DNA of 64,000 nucleotides, from the NCBI GenBank assembly GCA_001004905.1, contig LCRY01000002.1:1559-65558 (forward strand), read 5' to 3'. Position numbers and translations under genes: made by a program. Below, piece by piece: positions 39,077 to 49,400 of the stretch. This stretch comes from Parcubacteria group bacterium GW2011_GWA1_56_13. Lineage in GTDB: Bacteria > Patescibacteriota > Minisyncoccia > Phycocordibacterales > Phycocordibacteraceae. The notes below the pieces were generated by a model that was not told the DNA's origin, did not search any database, and was given only the letters and a program-made list of their open reading frames with translations. Position 1 is the stretch's first letter; the number at the start of each line of letters is the position of its first letter.

Positions 39077-40050
39077 AAGCGCTTTTCGCCGCACAGGACC
39101 CGGGCGGAGCGAACGCGATTCTGCCGGTAGCTGCCGCGCTCATGGCGCACGGCGATACGGTCGTAGCGCGGGTCGAGGGCGCCGCCCAACACATGTTTGC
39201 GGCGCGCGGCTTTCCGCTCGGCGCGATCAAGCCCGACGTGGTCGTCCTCGGCACGAGCGGAGGGGAGAGCGTCGAGAAGCGGGTTACCGATGAGTTTCGC
39301 CATGCGGTGCCGATTGTTGCGGTCTTGGATTTCTGGTCCAATTATTGGCAGCGCTTTTCCACGCTCGGTGCCAAGGATTTCGCGTACCTGCCGGACCGTA
39401 TCTGCGTGATGGACGAAGTCGCGCGGGACGAAATGCTCGCGGAGGGCTTCCCGCCGGAGCGCATCGCGGTGACCGGCAATCCGCATTTCGACCATTTTGC
39501 GGATGGCATCACGCGCGACCGCGAAGACCCAAAGCGCGTCCTGTTCGTATCGCAGCCAATCCGAGCCGATGCTCGCCTTCCGGGTTTCGCGCCGGCGGCG
39601 GCCGACGAATTCAGTTTGCTTGCGGACGTAACGGCGGCCCTGCCTCCCGGCCATACGCTCTCCGTCCGGCTCCATCCGCGCGACGAGCGGAGCAAATACG
39701 ACGCATATCTTGATGGGCGGGTAACGCTCGCGCCAGAAAAAACGCTCGAAGAAGCTCTTTCGGCAAGCGGCCTCATCATCGGTCCCGCGACGCCCGTCCT
39801 CATGCAGGCCGCCGCGGCGGGGAAAAAGGCGCTCTGCTATGAACCCGGGCTCTCGGCCCCGGACACGCTCGTCAGCAACCGCGTCGGCGTGACGACACGC
39901 GTTTCCTTGCCGGAGGAACTCAGGAGCGCGCTCGCGGCGTATGTGCGGCGAGACTGGCCATACGCTACGCGACCGTTGCGGGACGTATGGCCGCTCGGCG
40001 CGACCGAACGCGTTGTCGCCGTTGTCCGTTCGCTTGCGGAAAGAAAATGA
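39073..40050 (+). CDS. GT-B fold protein with HP motif (candidate transferase or NDP-sugar hydrolase)
   Basis: QDPGGANA, LDFWSNY, VTGNPHFD, RLHPRD. Confidence 0.5.
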   Translation: MKALFAAQDPGGANAILPVAAALMAHGDTVVARVEGAAQHMFAARGFPLGAIKPDVVVLGTSGGESVEKRVTDEFRHAVPIVAVLDFWSNYWQRFSTLGAKDFAYLPDRICVMDEVARDEMLAEGFPPERIAVTGNPHFDHFADGITRDREDPKRVLFVSQPIRADARLPGFAPAAADEFSLLADVTAALPPGHTLSVRLHPRDERSKYDAYLDGRVTLAPEKTLEEALSASGLIIGPATPVLMQAAAAGKKALCYEPGLSAPDTLVSNRVGVTTRVSLPEELRSALAAYVRRDWPYATRPLRDVWPLGATERVVAVVRSLAERK

Positions 40051-40063
40051 TGCAAAATAGGCC

Positions 40064-41212
40064 ATGAAGATGATTCCTTATTCAACGCAAGACATCAATG
40101 AGGCCGATATACGGGCGGTCGCGGCTGTCCTGCGTTCGGGATGGCTCACGCAGGGCCCCGCACTTGAGCGATTCGAGAAAGCTATCGCAAAGAAAGTCGG
40201 CGCGAAATTCGCCGCCTCCTTCAACTCCGGCACTGCCGCCCTCCATGCCGCCTACTTCGCCGCTGGGGTGGGGAAAGGAGATGAGGTCATCGTGCCCGCG
40301 CTCACGTTCGCCGCGACCGCGAACGCCGCACTCTATCTCGGCGCGAAGCCGGTATTTGCCGACTCGGATATGCACACCGGCACTATGAGCGTATCTGACG
40401 CGCGTAGGAAGATAACCAAGCGGACGAAAGCGATCGTGCCGGTGGATTACGCCGGTTGCCCGGCCGCTCTTTCGGAATTCCACACCCTCGCCAAGAAGCG
40501 CCGCCTCGTTTTCATAGAGGATGCCGCGCAGGCGCTCGGCGCGACATATCGCGGCCGTCCGGTCGGCACGCAGGCGGATATGACAATGTTCAGTTTTCAT
40601 CCGGTGAAGTCCATCACGACCGGCGAGGGAGGCGTCATTGTTACCGATAACGAGGACTACGCTCGTGCCATGCGCCTCTTCCGTAGCCACGGCATCAGCA
40701 AAGATGCGACGACATTTGCGCGCAAAAATCACGGCGCATGGTATCAGGAGATGCAGGCGCTCGGCTTCAACTATCGCATGCCGGAAATGTCCGCCGCGCT
40801 CGGAGAAAGCCAGCTGAAACGGCTCGATACGTTCATAACGAAGCGGCGCGCGGCCGCAAAGCGGTACGACAGATTGTTCAAGAATGTTCCCGGTCTCATC
40901 CTGCCGCCTCCAGAACGTATCCACGAAAAGTCGGCGTGGCATCTCTACCCGGTGCGGCTTGCGCCCCGTATCGCGCACAAACGCGACGAAGTTTTCGCGA
41001 AACTGCGCGAAGCGGGCATCGGCGTGCAGGTTCACCACGTACCCGTACATCTCCATGTTTTTTACGAAAAACTCGGATACAAGAAAGGTCTTTGTCCGAA
41101 TGCCGAAGCATTTGTTGCTTCCGAGATTTCCATTCCATTATTTCCAAACATCACGCTAAAACAACAGCAGTTTATTGCTAATACACTGAAGCGCATCCTC
41201 GCACCGACATGA
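40064..41212 (+). CDS. pseC: UDP-4-amino-4,6-dideoxy-N-acetyl-altrosamine transaminase
   Basis: IPYSTQDI, WLTQGP, FSFHPVKSITTGEGG, RSHGI, WYQEMQALGFNYR. Confidence 0.88.
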   Translation: MKMIPYSTQDINEADIRAVAAVLRSGWLTQGPALERFEKAIAKKVGAKFAASFNSGTAALHAAYFAAGVGKGDEVIVPALTFAATANAALYLGAKPVFADSDMHTGTMSVSDARRKITKRTKAIVPVDYAGCPAALSEFHTLAKKRRLVFIEDAAQALGATYRGRPVGTQADMTMFSFHPVKSITTGEGGVIVTDNEDYARAMRLFRSHGISKDATTFARKNHGAWYQEMQALGFNYRMPEMSAALGESQLKRLDTFITKRRAAAKRYDRLFKNVPGLILPPPERIHEKSAWHLYPVRLAPRIAHKRDEVFAKLREAGIGVQVHHVPVHLHVFYEKLGYKKGLCPNAEAFVASEISIPLFPNITLKQQQFIANTLKRILAPT

Positions 41213-42540
41213 CCAACTCTCTTAGGAACAGGACGGGCCAGAAACTATGGCGAAAGGCAAAGAAACTGATACCCGGAGGGAACCAGCTCCTTTCCAAGCG
41301 TGCGGAAATGTTCCTGCCGGAGGAATGGCCCGCGTATTATTCAAAGGCAAAAGGATGCGAGGTGTGGGATTTGGATGGGAAGAAATACATCGACATGTCC
41401 ATTATGGGCGTCGGTAGCTGCATTCTCGGCTATGCTGACCCGGAAGTGAACGCGGCGGTAAAGAAAGCCGTTGATAACGGTTCCATGTCTACCTTAAATG
41501 CGCCGGAAGAGGTGGAACTCGCCGAACTCTTATGCAAGGTCCATCCGTGGGCGCAGATGGTCCGATACGCCCGTACCGGCGGGGAGGCGATGGCCATCGC
41601 GGAGCGCATCGCGCGCGCCCACACTGGCAAAGATGTCATCGCGTTTTGCGGCTATCACGGCTGGCACGACTGGTACCTTGCGACGAACCTTGCGCGCAAA
41701 GACGGGCTCAAAGAATACCTGCTCGCGGGGCTTCTGCCCGCCGGGGTGCCGAAAGGCCTACGCGGGACCATCCTGCCGTTCCACTACAACAATATAGAAG
41801 ATCTCGAAGCTATCGTTCGGAAGACGGGCAAGCATCTGGCCGCCATCGTAATGGAGCCGATACATGGCGTCGAACCGCGGAATAATTTCCTGAAAAAAGT
41901 CCGCCGCATCGCCGATAAAACCGGTGCCGTCCTGATTTTTGATGAGATAACCGTCGGATGGAAGCTCACGTACGGCGGCATGCATTTGAAATACAAGGTC
42001 AATCCGGACATCGCCGTTTTTAGCAAGGCGATGAGTAATGGCTACCCGATGGCAGCCATCATCGGAACGCGCAAGGTAATGGAGGCGGCGCAGAGTTCTT
42101 TTATATCCAGTACCTACTGGACCGAACGCATCGGGCCCGTTGCCGCGCTCGCGGCGCTTAAGAAAATGAAGCGGATAAACGCCCCGAAACGCATAGAAAA
42201 AGCGGGCAGGGCAGTACGCGCCGGCTGGACGAATCTCGCGCGCAAACACGGCCTCCTCATCACTCTCGGTGGAGTTATCCCTATCAGCAGTTTTACGTTC
42301 CAATACGGCAAGGACAGCCAGGCGCTCAAGACGCTCTTCGTGCAGGAAATGTTGGACCGAGGATTCCTCGCGACAAATATGTTCTTCGCTTCTTGCGCAC
42401 ACACAGATGCGCGTATCAGGAACTATCTCCGTGCCGCGGATGAGGCGTTCGGCGTCATCGCCGAAGCGATAAAAAAGGGTGATGTGCGCAAACGGCTTCG
42501 CGGTCCCGAAGCACACACGGGTTTTGAACGCCTGAACTGA
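41209..42540 (+). CDS. Class III aminotransferase (glutamate-1-semialdehyde aminomutase-like)
   Basis: IPGGNQLLSKR, CGYHGWHDW, LIFDEI, SKAMSNGYP. Confidence 0.88.
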   Translation: MTNSLRNRTGQKLWRKAKKLIPGGNQLLSKRAEMFLPEEWPAYYSKAKGCEVWDLDGKKYIDMSIMGVGSCILGYADPEVNAAVKKAVDNGSMSTLNAPEEVELAELLCKVHPWAQMVRYARTGGEAMAIAERIARAHTGKDVIAFCGYHGWHDWYLATNLARKDGLKEYLLAGLLPAGVPKGLRGTILPFHYNNIEDLEAIVRKTGKHLAAIVMEPIHGVEPRNNFLKKVRRIADKTGAVLIFDEITVGWKLTYGGMHLKYKVNPDIAVFSKAMSNGYPMAAIIGTRKVMEAAQSSFISSTYWTERIGPVAALAALKKMKRINAPKRIEKAGRAVRAGWTNLARKHGLLITLGGVIPISSFTFQYGKDSQALKTLFVQEMLDRGFLATNMFFASCAHTDARIRNYLRAADEAFGVIAEAIKKGDVRKRLRGPEAHTGFERLN

Positions 42541-42542
42541 CT

Positions 42543-43319
42543 ATGGCAAAGGTCGTTGCAATCATCCAAGCACGTATCGGTTCCACCCGCCTGCCGGGGA
42601 AGGTGTTAAAACCCATTTTGAGAGAGCCGATGCTTGCGCGCATGCTTGAGCGCGTGAAGCGCGCAAAAGAAATTGAACGTGTCATCGTGGCGACATCCGA
42701 AAAATCGAGAGACGATGCCGTCGCCGAGCTCGCCAAGCGTGCCGGTGTCAGTGTCTTCCGCGGAAGCGAAGATGACGTGCTTGACCGCATGTATCGGGCG
42801 GCGAAGGATGCGAGCGCCGACGTGATCGTCGGCCTCACGGGCGACTGCCCGCTCCACGACCCGGGAGTTATTGATGAGGCCGTGCGGCATTTTATCGCCG
42901 CGAACAATCCCTTCGCCTATGCAGGCACCCCGGCGAATTATCCGGAAGGTCTTGATACCGACATATGCACCTTCACCGCATTTGCGGAAGCGGCGGAACA
43001 GGCGCGGCTCCATTCCGAGCGCGAGCATATCGCCCAGTACTTCAAGAATCATCCGGAACGCTTCCATGGATTACCATGGACAGTGGGCGAGGGCGACTAT
43101 TCATCAATGCATTGGTCGGTTGACACTGCGCAGGACTTTGAATTCGTGACGAAAGTATTCGAGAAACTCCACCCCGCCAATCCGAGTTTCAATAAAGACG
43201 ATGTTCTTGCGCTACTCGCGCGACAGCCGGAACTTCTGGAGATAAACAAAGGCGGCACCGGATACGAAGGACTCGCGAAGTCTTTGAACATGGACGAAGA
43301 GATGAAAAAAACGCCATGA
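42543..43319 (+). CDS. SpsF/PseF-like cytidylyltransferase
   Basis: IIQARIGSTRLPGKVL, RGSEDDVLDR, TGDCPL, EREH, SVDT. Confidence 0.88.
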   Translation: MAKVVAIIQARIGSTRLPGKVLKPILREPMLARMLERVKRAKEIERVIVATSEKSRDDAVAELAKRAGVSVFRGSEDDVLDRMYRAAKDASADVIVGLTGDCPLHDPGVIDEAVRHFIAANNPFAYAGTPANYPEGLDTDICTFTAFAEAAEQARLHSEREHIAQYFKNHPERFHGLPWTVGEGDYSSMHWSVDTAQDFEFVTKVFEKLHPANPSFNKDDVLALLARQPELLEINKGGTGYEGLAKSLNMDEEMKKTP

Positions 43320-44236
43320 CGGACAAAAAAACAAAACTTGTACTTGGTACCGTACAGCTCGGCATGAAATACGGCCTCAATAACACGCACGGCCAGCCGA
43401 CGCGCGAGGAGTCGTTCTCCATCCTGGACGCGGCGCTTGCCGTCGGCATTGATACGTTTGATACCGCCTATGCCTATGGCGGGGCGGAAGACGTGCTCGG
43501 CTCATGGATACGCGAGCGCTCGCTGGCAGGCAAAGTTCGCATCATTTCCAAGATGAGGCCGCACGCGCTCAACGACTATCCGGATGGCACAAGAGCGTCC
43601 GACGTAGTCATGAGGGAATTAGAAAAATCACTCAAGCGCCTCAATTTGGAATCCCTGGACGGCTATTTGTTCCATTCGCCCCACTACATATATCTGCGCC
43701 ACATGGTGGAAGGCATGCGAGAGGCACAAGCGGCCGGCCTCGTGAAGAACATCGGCGTCTCCATTTATGACGAGCCGGAGGCCCTGCAGGCCGCCGAGCT
43801 TGGCGTTGATTACGTGCAGGTGCCCTACAACGCGTTTGACCAGCGCTTGGACGCGACTGATTTTTTTGAGCTGGCGAAGAAGAATAACGTAACCGTATTT
43901 GCCCGCAGTCCGTTCCTGCAGGGCCTCTTGGTCATGCCGCCCGAACGAGTGCCGGAGCACCTCTCGTACGTTCGCCCGTACCTGCTCCAGTTCGCGGAAA
44001 TCGCACAGCGGCACAATCTGTCGCCCGCGTGGGCTGCTCTTCTGTTCGTAAAAGAGCATTGCCGCGCTCAACAGGTCGTTTTTGGCGTCGAGACGCTTCC
44101 CCAGCTCGAAGAAGACAAGGCCATCATGAACGAGCTCGCATCCGGTGCGAAATGGGCGTCCGAGATAGAGACCGCCTTCAGACAGATGAATCGCGGCGCC
44201 ATTAATCCGAGCTTATGGAGCAGGATAAAGAAATGA
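43316..44236 (+). CDS. Aldo/keto reductase
   Basis: LGTVQLGMKYG, DTAYAYG, IGVSIY, ARSPFLQG. Confidence 0.9.
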   Translation: MTDKKTKLVLGTVQLGMKYGLNNTHGQPTREESFSILDAALAVGIDTFDTAYAYGGAEDVLGSWIRERSLAGKVRIISKMRPHALNDYPDGTRASDVVMRELEKSLKRLNLESLDGYLFHSPHYIYLRHMVEGMREAQAAGLVKNIGVSIYDEPEALQAAELGVDYVQVPYNAFDQRLDATDFFELAKKNNVTVFARSPFLQGLLVMPPERVPEHLSYVRPYLLQFAEIAQRHNLSPAWAALLFVKEHCRAQQVVFGVETLPQLEEDKAIMNELASGAKWASEIETAFRQMNRGAINPSLWSRIKK

Positions 44237-44847
44237 GCCCGGACGCCATCATTGTCTTTCCGGCAGGCATTGTCCCGCTCAACGACGTGAAAACCGAGTG
44301 GCGTAGCACCACATATGACGAGAATGACGCATTCGGCACACTCGGCGGCCACGATCGTGTGAGAGCTGCCGCACTTCTGGCACGGCGATATCCAACTGCG
44401 GCGGTTGTCACGACCTCTCACACGCTCGGGCGTCCTGCCCCAACGCTGGCTGACGTATACGAAAACGAGCTCATCGGACTCGGTGTAGCGCGTGAGCGCA
44501 TACTGAAAGAGGAGAGTTCTAACACAACGCGGGCAGGCCTCGTAGCCTCTCTCGAACTTGCAAGACGAAAGAGGTGGAAGCGCCTCTTGTTCGTTTCAAG
44601 CGGTTTCCATGTCCCACGCATCCGCGCGTTTCTGGAGCAAGAACACAACGACATTGACGTGAAATGCGCCGCTTCCGAACCGTTACTCTCGGCGGCAGAC
44701 CCCTCTTTTGCCGCGCAGTTCGCCGCGGTGCAGGACACACCCGCTTACAAAAAACGCCTGGTCTCCGAGGAGCGCGGCATTCAGGCGATCAAATCCGGGG
44801 ACTATCGTTCGGCGTCGGCAGAGGACAAACTGGAGCGCGAGGCGTAA
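44233..44847 (+). CDS. YdcF/DUF218 (ElyC/SanA-like) protein
   Basis: ILKEESSNTT, VSSGFHVPRI. Confidence 0.78.
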   Translation: MSPDAIIVFPAGIVPLNDVKTEWRSTTYDENDAFGTLGGHDRVRAAALLARRYPTAAVVTTSHTLGRPAPTLADVYENELIGLGVARERILKEESSNTTRAGLVASLELARRKRWKRLLFVSSGFHVPRIRAFLEQEHNDIDVKCAASEPLLSAADPSFAAQFAAVQDTPAYKKRLVSEERGIQAIKSGDYRSASAEDKLEREA

Positions 44848-44858
44848 CATCTTTGCAT

Positions 44859-46079
44859 ATGCGGATAGGAATGAAAGAGGTAGGCCCGGGGAACCCAACC
44901 TATGTCATTTTTGAAGTTGCGAGCACGCACGGCAATGACTGGGAAACGGCAAAAGCGTACATCGCGCAAGCGGCAGACGCCGGCGCCAACGCGGTGAAGT
45001 TCCAGCTTTTCACGGCCGATACGCTCATTAACCCGCTTACGCCTGGGCTCAAGGGCACCTACGACTACTTTAAAACTGCCGAGACGCCGCGTGAATGGTT
45101 CCCTAAGTTGAAAGTGCTCTGTGATGAGAAGGGAATTGACCTCTTATGCACGCCCTTCGATATCGACTCCGCGCGATTCCTCGACGAGGTCGGCGTCCCG
45201 GCGGTCAAAATCGCTTCCGGCGAATTGACGAATCTGCAACTGCTCGAGAGTGTCGCCACTTTTGGCAAGCCGATTATTGTCTCAACCGGTATGGCGACGA
45301 TGCAGGAGGTCGAGCGAGCCGTGCACATTCTCCGCACGAACGGCGCAAAAGAAATCGCGCTTCTCCAGTGCGTCTCGGTCTATCCGACGAGTTTTGAAGA
45401 CGCGAACGTTTCGGCGATGAACACGCTCGGAGACGCCCTCGATACCATTATCGGTTATTCAGATAACGGTTCTGTAGGCGCATTGGTGCCATTGATGGCT
45501 GTCGCGATGGGTGCATCCATCATCGAGAAGCATGTGACTTCTAAGAAGGAACGCGGCTCGCTTGATGATGTGTTCTCGATGTCGGTTGAAGAGTTTGCGC
45601 AGATGGTGATGAAGATTCGCGCTATTGACGCTCGTGCAGATAAAAAAGAAGTTCTTAAAGAGCTTCGTGAAGAATTCGGTGCGGACTTTGACAAAGCGCT
45701 TGGCGATGGTATCAAGCGTCCGGCACCACATGGTACGCTCGTTACCCACCCGGGTGTTGAAGGCGAGTTCCGTATGAAGGAGGCCGATGAACGGCAATGG
45801 GCTCGCCGCGGAGTGTATCTCAATCAAGCGGTCGCGAAGGGTACGACAATAACAAAAGAAATGCTCACCCTGCTCCGGCCCGATATCGGCATCTCGAGCG
45901 TCGACTATGAACGTGTCATCGGCACGGTTGCCGGAGAGGACTTACCGCCGATGCTGCCGCTCAAGATGCAGGGAGAAGCGGTGGTCCTCTTCCATAAAGC
46001 GGACATCGCGCCGACCTATGCCGACCCGAGCGAAGCGGGCTTCGTGAAGATGCTCGGAGAGACAGCGCTCTTCGCCTAG
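44859..46079 (+). CDS. NeuB/PseI-family nonulosonic acid synthase with SAF-like C-domain (divergent)
   Basis: AVKFQ, CTPFD, KIASGE, STGMA, QCVSVYP, GYSD, IEKH, ARRG, RPDIG. Confidence 0.88.
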   Translation: MRIGMKEVGPGNPTYVIFEVASTHGNDWETAKAYIAQAADAGANAVKFQLFTADTLINPLTPGLKGTYDYFKTAETPREWFPKLKVLCDEKGIDLLCTPFDIDSARFLDEVGVPAVKIASGELTNLQLLESVATFGKPIIVSTGMATMQEVERAVHILRTNGAKEIALLQCVSVYPTSFEDANVSAMNTLGDALDTIIGYSDNGSVGALVPLMAVAMGASIIEKHVTSKKERGSLDDVFSMSVEEFAQMVMKIRAIDARADKKEVLKELREEFGADFDKALGDGIKRPAPHGTLVTHPGVEGEFRMKEADERQWARRGVYLNQAVAKGTTITKEMLTLLRPDIGISSVDYERVIGTVAGEDLPPMLPLKMQGEAVVLFHKADIAPTYADPSEAGFVKMLGETALFA

Positions 46080-46083
46080 TGCT

Positions 46084-46977
46084 ATGCATACTCCCGAACA
46101 TTCCGGTACGCGAGTGGTGACGGTTGACGGTTCAGACGTCATTGAGTGTACGGGGTGTGGTTTTAAACATGTGATGCCGCTTCCGACGCCTGAGGTACTT
46201 AAGACGTTTTATGAAGATGAATTTTATCAAGAAGAGCGAAAGGACTATTTTAAAGAAGTCGAGGAGGACAAAGACTGGTGGATGCTCACCTACAATCACT
46301 ATTATGATCTGCTTGAAAAGCATACGAAGGGCAGAAAACTACTTGATATAGGGTCAGGCCCAGGGCTGTTTTTGGAATGTGGTAATGCACGCGGGTGGCA
46401 GACACTCGGCTTTGAGCCGTCACCGCGAGCGGGTGAGTACGCGCGAAGTCTCGGTTGCGAAGTGGTGACGGACTTTTTTACCGCTGAACAGGCAAAGCGC
46501 TACGGCCCGTTCGACGCGATTACGCTCAACTTCGTTCTCGAGCATGTACCGAACCCGACAGAACTTATTGCGCAGGCGCGAAGCCTGCTCGCGCCGGGCG
46601 GCGTGCTCTTGGTCGTCTCACCGAACGATTTCAACCCGCTCCAGAAACTTCTGGTCGAGCATCATGGTTATACATCGTGGTGGGTTGTGCCGAAGCACCA
46701 CCTCAATTATTTCGATATCGAGTCGGCTTCCCGCCTTCTCGTATCCCGCGATATGGCGGTGATCGAGCGGGAAGCGACGTATCCCCTGGAGCTCTTTTTG
46801 CTCTCCGGCCGCAATTATGTGGAGCATCCAGAGCTTGGCAGAGTCTGCCACAGTGAACGCAAGGCGTTCGAGTCCGCTTTGTATCGCCATAAGAGCGACT
46901 TAATTCAGAAAATGTTTATTGATTGGGCGAAGCAAGGTATCGGGCGTGAAGTGGTCTCTATTAGCAAAAAAGGATGA
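46084..46977 (+). CDS. Class I SAM-dependent methyltransferase
   Basis: CTGCGFKH, LLDIGSGPG, VLEHVPNP, PNDFN. Confidence 0.88.
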   Translation: MHTPEHSGTRVVTVDGSDVIECTGCGFKHVMPLPTPEVLKTFYEDEFYQEERKDYFKEVEEDKDWWMLTYNHYYDLLEKHTKGRKLLDIGSGPGLFLECGNARGWQTLGFEPSPRAGEYARSLGCEVVTDFFTAEQAKRYGPFDAITLNFVLEHVPNPTELIAQARSLLAPGGVLLVVSPNDFNPLQKLLVEHHGYTSWWVVPKHHLNYFDIESASRLLVSRDMAVIEREATYPLELFLLSGRNYVEHPELGRVCHSERKAFESALYRHKSDLIQKMFIDWAKQGIGREVVSISKKG

Positions 46978-48164
46978 GAAAGAATAAATCTACAATGGAT
47001 TCAAAAAAATGGGTCGTGTGTCTTGGAGGAAGTGATTCAAAGATACCTATCATACAAGCTGTGCAAGACCGCGGTATGCGATGTGCAGTAGTGGATCATG
47101 ATTCAGACAGTCCGGCTAAGCGATACGCCGATTTATTTTTAAACATAAGTATTTTTGATTCGGTAGCCATCATAGATGCGTTGAAGCAAGCTAATATACT
47201 TCATGCAACCGCCTTTGTATTTGCGTACACGTCGTTACAAGAAGGTCAATTATCAGCAAGCCGATTGACTAAGGGACTTAATATTCCTATTAACTTAAAA
47301 GAATCATGGTTGGAGAATTCTTGGAATAAAATAGCATTCAAAAGATTTTGTAGTGCAACGGGCATCACGACTCCAGCGTTTACAGAATCTCTCCAAGGTG
47401 GTGGCACACACATGTTTTTGGAAAGATATGGTAAAGCGGTGTGCAAGCCAATAGAGGGAGGTGTCGGATCAAAGTCTGTTTTTTTTGTTGATATGTTGAA
47501 CGATGAGCAGGTTATTGATAATTCGTGTTTTCTAGAGCAATATATAGACGGTGATCTTTATTCGTATAACGGCATTGCAATAAAAGAGGAAGTGCCGTTT
47601 TCTCTAGTATTGCGTAAATATACACGCACAGACGGTAAAAATATCGCTGGATTTTCTTCGCGCGTGGACAGAAAGCTAGGAGCGCGTATCATTAATCAAT
47701 GTAAAGTCGCCGCTTTATCTATGCATCTACGTGATACGTTTTTCCATTTTGATATTCTCGTACGAGATGGTGTCAGCTATTTCATTGATTTTGGTCTTCT
47801 TTTGGATTGCCGAGTTAACGAGTTGTTGCTATATGGCGGTTTTAATGCGTATGGGTATATTTTGGATGAAGTATTAAACCTTCCTACCATAGAACACGTA
47901 AGATATACTAAAAACGAAACTGAAACAGCCATAGCTTTCGTGTATCCGATTCAAGAAGGTCGTCTGCGCAGTCTACCAACTTCTCTCTCCACCGTACTTC
48001 CTGGGTGCTCTGCATACATCTGGAAAAAAGAAGGAGACTTTGTCAAAGTTGAAGGAACAGTGGAAGATGAAATTGGGTATGTTGTGGGCCGTGATGTCGA
48101 TTGGTCTAAGGTAAAAAATGTGGCGGGCATGCTCGAAGAAGAGATTATTATTGAACCGGTATGA
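46974..48164 (+). CDS. ATP-grasp domain protein
   Basis: NKIAFK, KPIEGGVGS, LEQYIDG, HFDI, FIDFG. AT-rich. Confidence 0.75.
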   Translation: MRKNKSTMDSKKWVVCLGGSDSKIPIIQAVQDRGMRCAVVDHDSDSPAKRYADLFLNISIFDSVAIIDALKQANILHATAFVFAYTSLQEGQLSASRLTKGLNIPINLKESWLENSWNKIAFKRFCSATGITTPAFTESLQGGGTHMFLERYGKAVCKPIEGGVGSKSVFFVDMLNDEQVIDNSCFLEQYIDGDLYSYNGIAIKEEVPFSLVLRKYTRTDGKNIAGFSSRVDRKLGARIINQCKVAALSMHLRDTFFHFDILVRDGVSYFIDFGLLLDCRVNELLLYGGFNAYGYILDEVLNLPTIEHVRYTKNETETAIAFVYPIQEGRLRSLPTSLSTVLPGCSAYIWKKEGDFVKVEGTVEDEIGYVVGRDVDWSKVKNVAGMLEEEIIIEPV

Positions 48165-49390
48165 ATGGTAAGAAACATATATTAATGATTGGCGGAGGCC
48201 TCCAGGAGGTCGAGGCAGTTCGACAGCTTAAGGCCGCTGGATGGACTGTCGGCGTCTCGGATCGGGATTCTGATTGCCCGTGCGCAAACATTGCTGATTA
48301 TGTATTAGAGGCAGACGGTCGCGATCCAGAACGAATATTGCAAGAATTGTTGATTAGAACACCTGACAATCTCCCACGGGTAGTATTTACACTGACAGAA
48401 CTGACCACAACGGTGGCGATATTATTACACGCACTAAAACTGCCAGCTCCATCGATCCTATCGGTAGTGGTGAGTCAATCGAAAGCATTATCGAAAGATT
48501 GTTGGCTACGTAAGGGAGTACGGACGCCGAACGGGGTTGTTGTTTCTGATGCCCAGGGATTGGCATCTATCCCCACACGAAGCGCACCGCCCTATGTTAT
48601 AAAACCAGATGTTTCTTCTGGCGGTAGAGGGGTTGTTTTAGTAAAGTCTGCAGACAAATTATCCGAAGCCGTACGTAATGCTATTGACTGTTCAGCAAAT
48701 AGCCGATGTGTAGTTGAAGAATACATACACGGGACTATTCACGATGGTAATGCATATTTTTCCAATGGCATATTTGTTCCTCTAAGTATTTCTGATCGGT
48801 TCACCGGTGATTCAATTGCGGTCGAATCTGGTGCAATTTGCCCCTCATGTTTGCCACCGAACAAGCAAAAAGATTTTTTCTTTCTTTTTGAAGAATCTTG
48901 TCGGGCATTGGGAATTGAACAGGGTCCCGTTAAAATTGACGCGTTATACGATGGAAAAAATTTTTACGTATTAGAGGTCGCAGCACGTTTGCACGGTCCA
49001 CGCGGTAGTTTGTATTTGATCCCCGCCAGTTTTGGTATATCACTATGTGTACCGGTATTTGATGCGATTCAGAGCAATAGCATGGATATAGAATGGGATG
49101 CGACACGCGTAAAGCAGTTTTGTGTATACGAGGATATCCGAATTGCCGAGCGAGGTGTAATAATAAGTATTGAAGGTATTGAGATTGCTAAACATGAAGA
49201 GGGTATTGTAGATATTCAACTATTAAAAAATATAGGCGATGAGATACGCACACCACACGATTCAAACGAAGTTACTGGGTTTATTTTTGCCGTTGGAAGT
49301 AACGAAATAGAATGTAGAAAACGGATAAAGACCGCTCATGATGTGTTGCACATACGTCTCGTGAATAGGCCGCATACTGAGCTTAATTAA
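48161..49390 (+). CDS. ATP-grasp domain protein
   Basis: IGGGLQE, VIKPDVSSGGRGV, VEEYIHG, LEVAARLHG. Confidence 0.85.
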   Translation: MNGKKHILMIGGGLQEVEAVRQLKAAGWTVGVSDRDSDCPCANIADYVLEADGRDPERILQELLIRTPDNLPRVVFTLTELTTTVAILLHALKLPAPSILSVVVSQSKALSKDCWLRKGVRTPNGVVVSDAQGLASIPTRSAPPYVIKPDVSSGGRGVVLVKSADKLSEAVRNAIDCSANSRCVVEEYIHGTIHDGNAYFSNGIFVPLSISDRFTGDSIAVESGAICPSCLPPNKQKDFFFLFEESCRALGIEQGPVKIDALYDGKNFYVLEVAARLHGPRGSLYLIPASFGISLCVPVFDAIQSNSMDIEWDATRVKQFCVYEDIRIAERGVIISIEGIEIAKHEEGIVDIQLLKNIGDEIRTPHDSNEVTGFIFAVGSNEIECRKRIKTAHDVLHIRLVNRPHTELN

Positions 49391-49400
49391 ACATAAATCC

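Noticed and set aside
41209-42540. hemL / tetrapyrrole synthesis
   Set aside because: No other hem genes; coupled to pseC and the SpsF-like gene.
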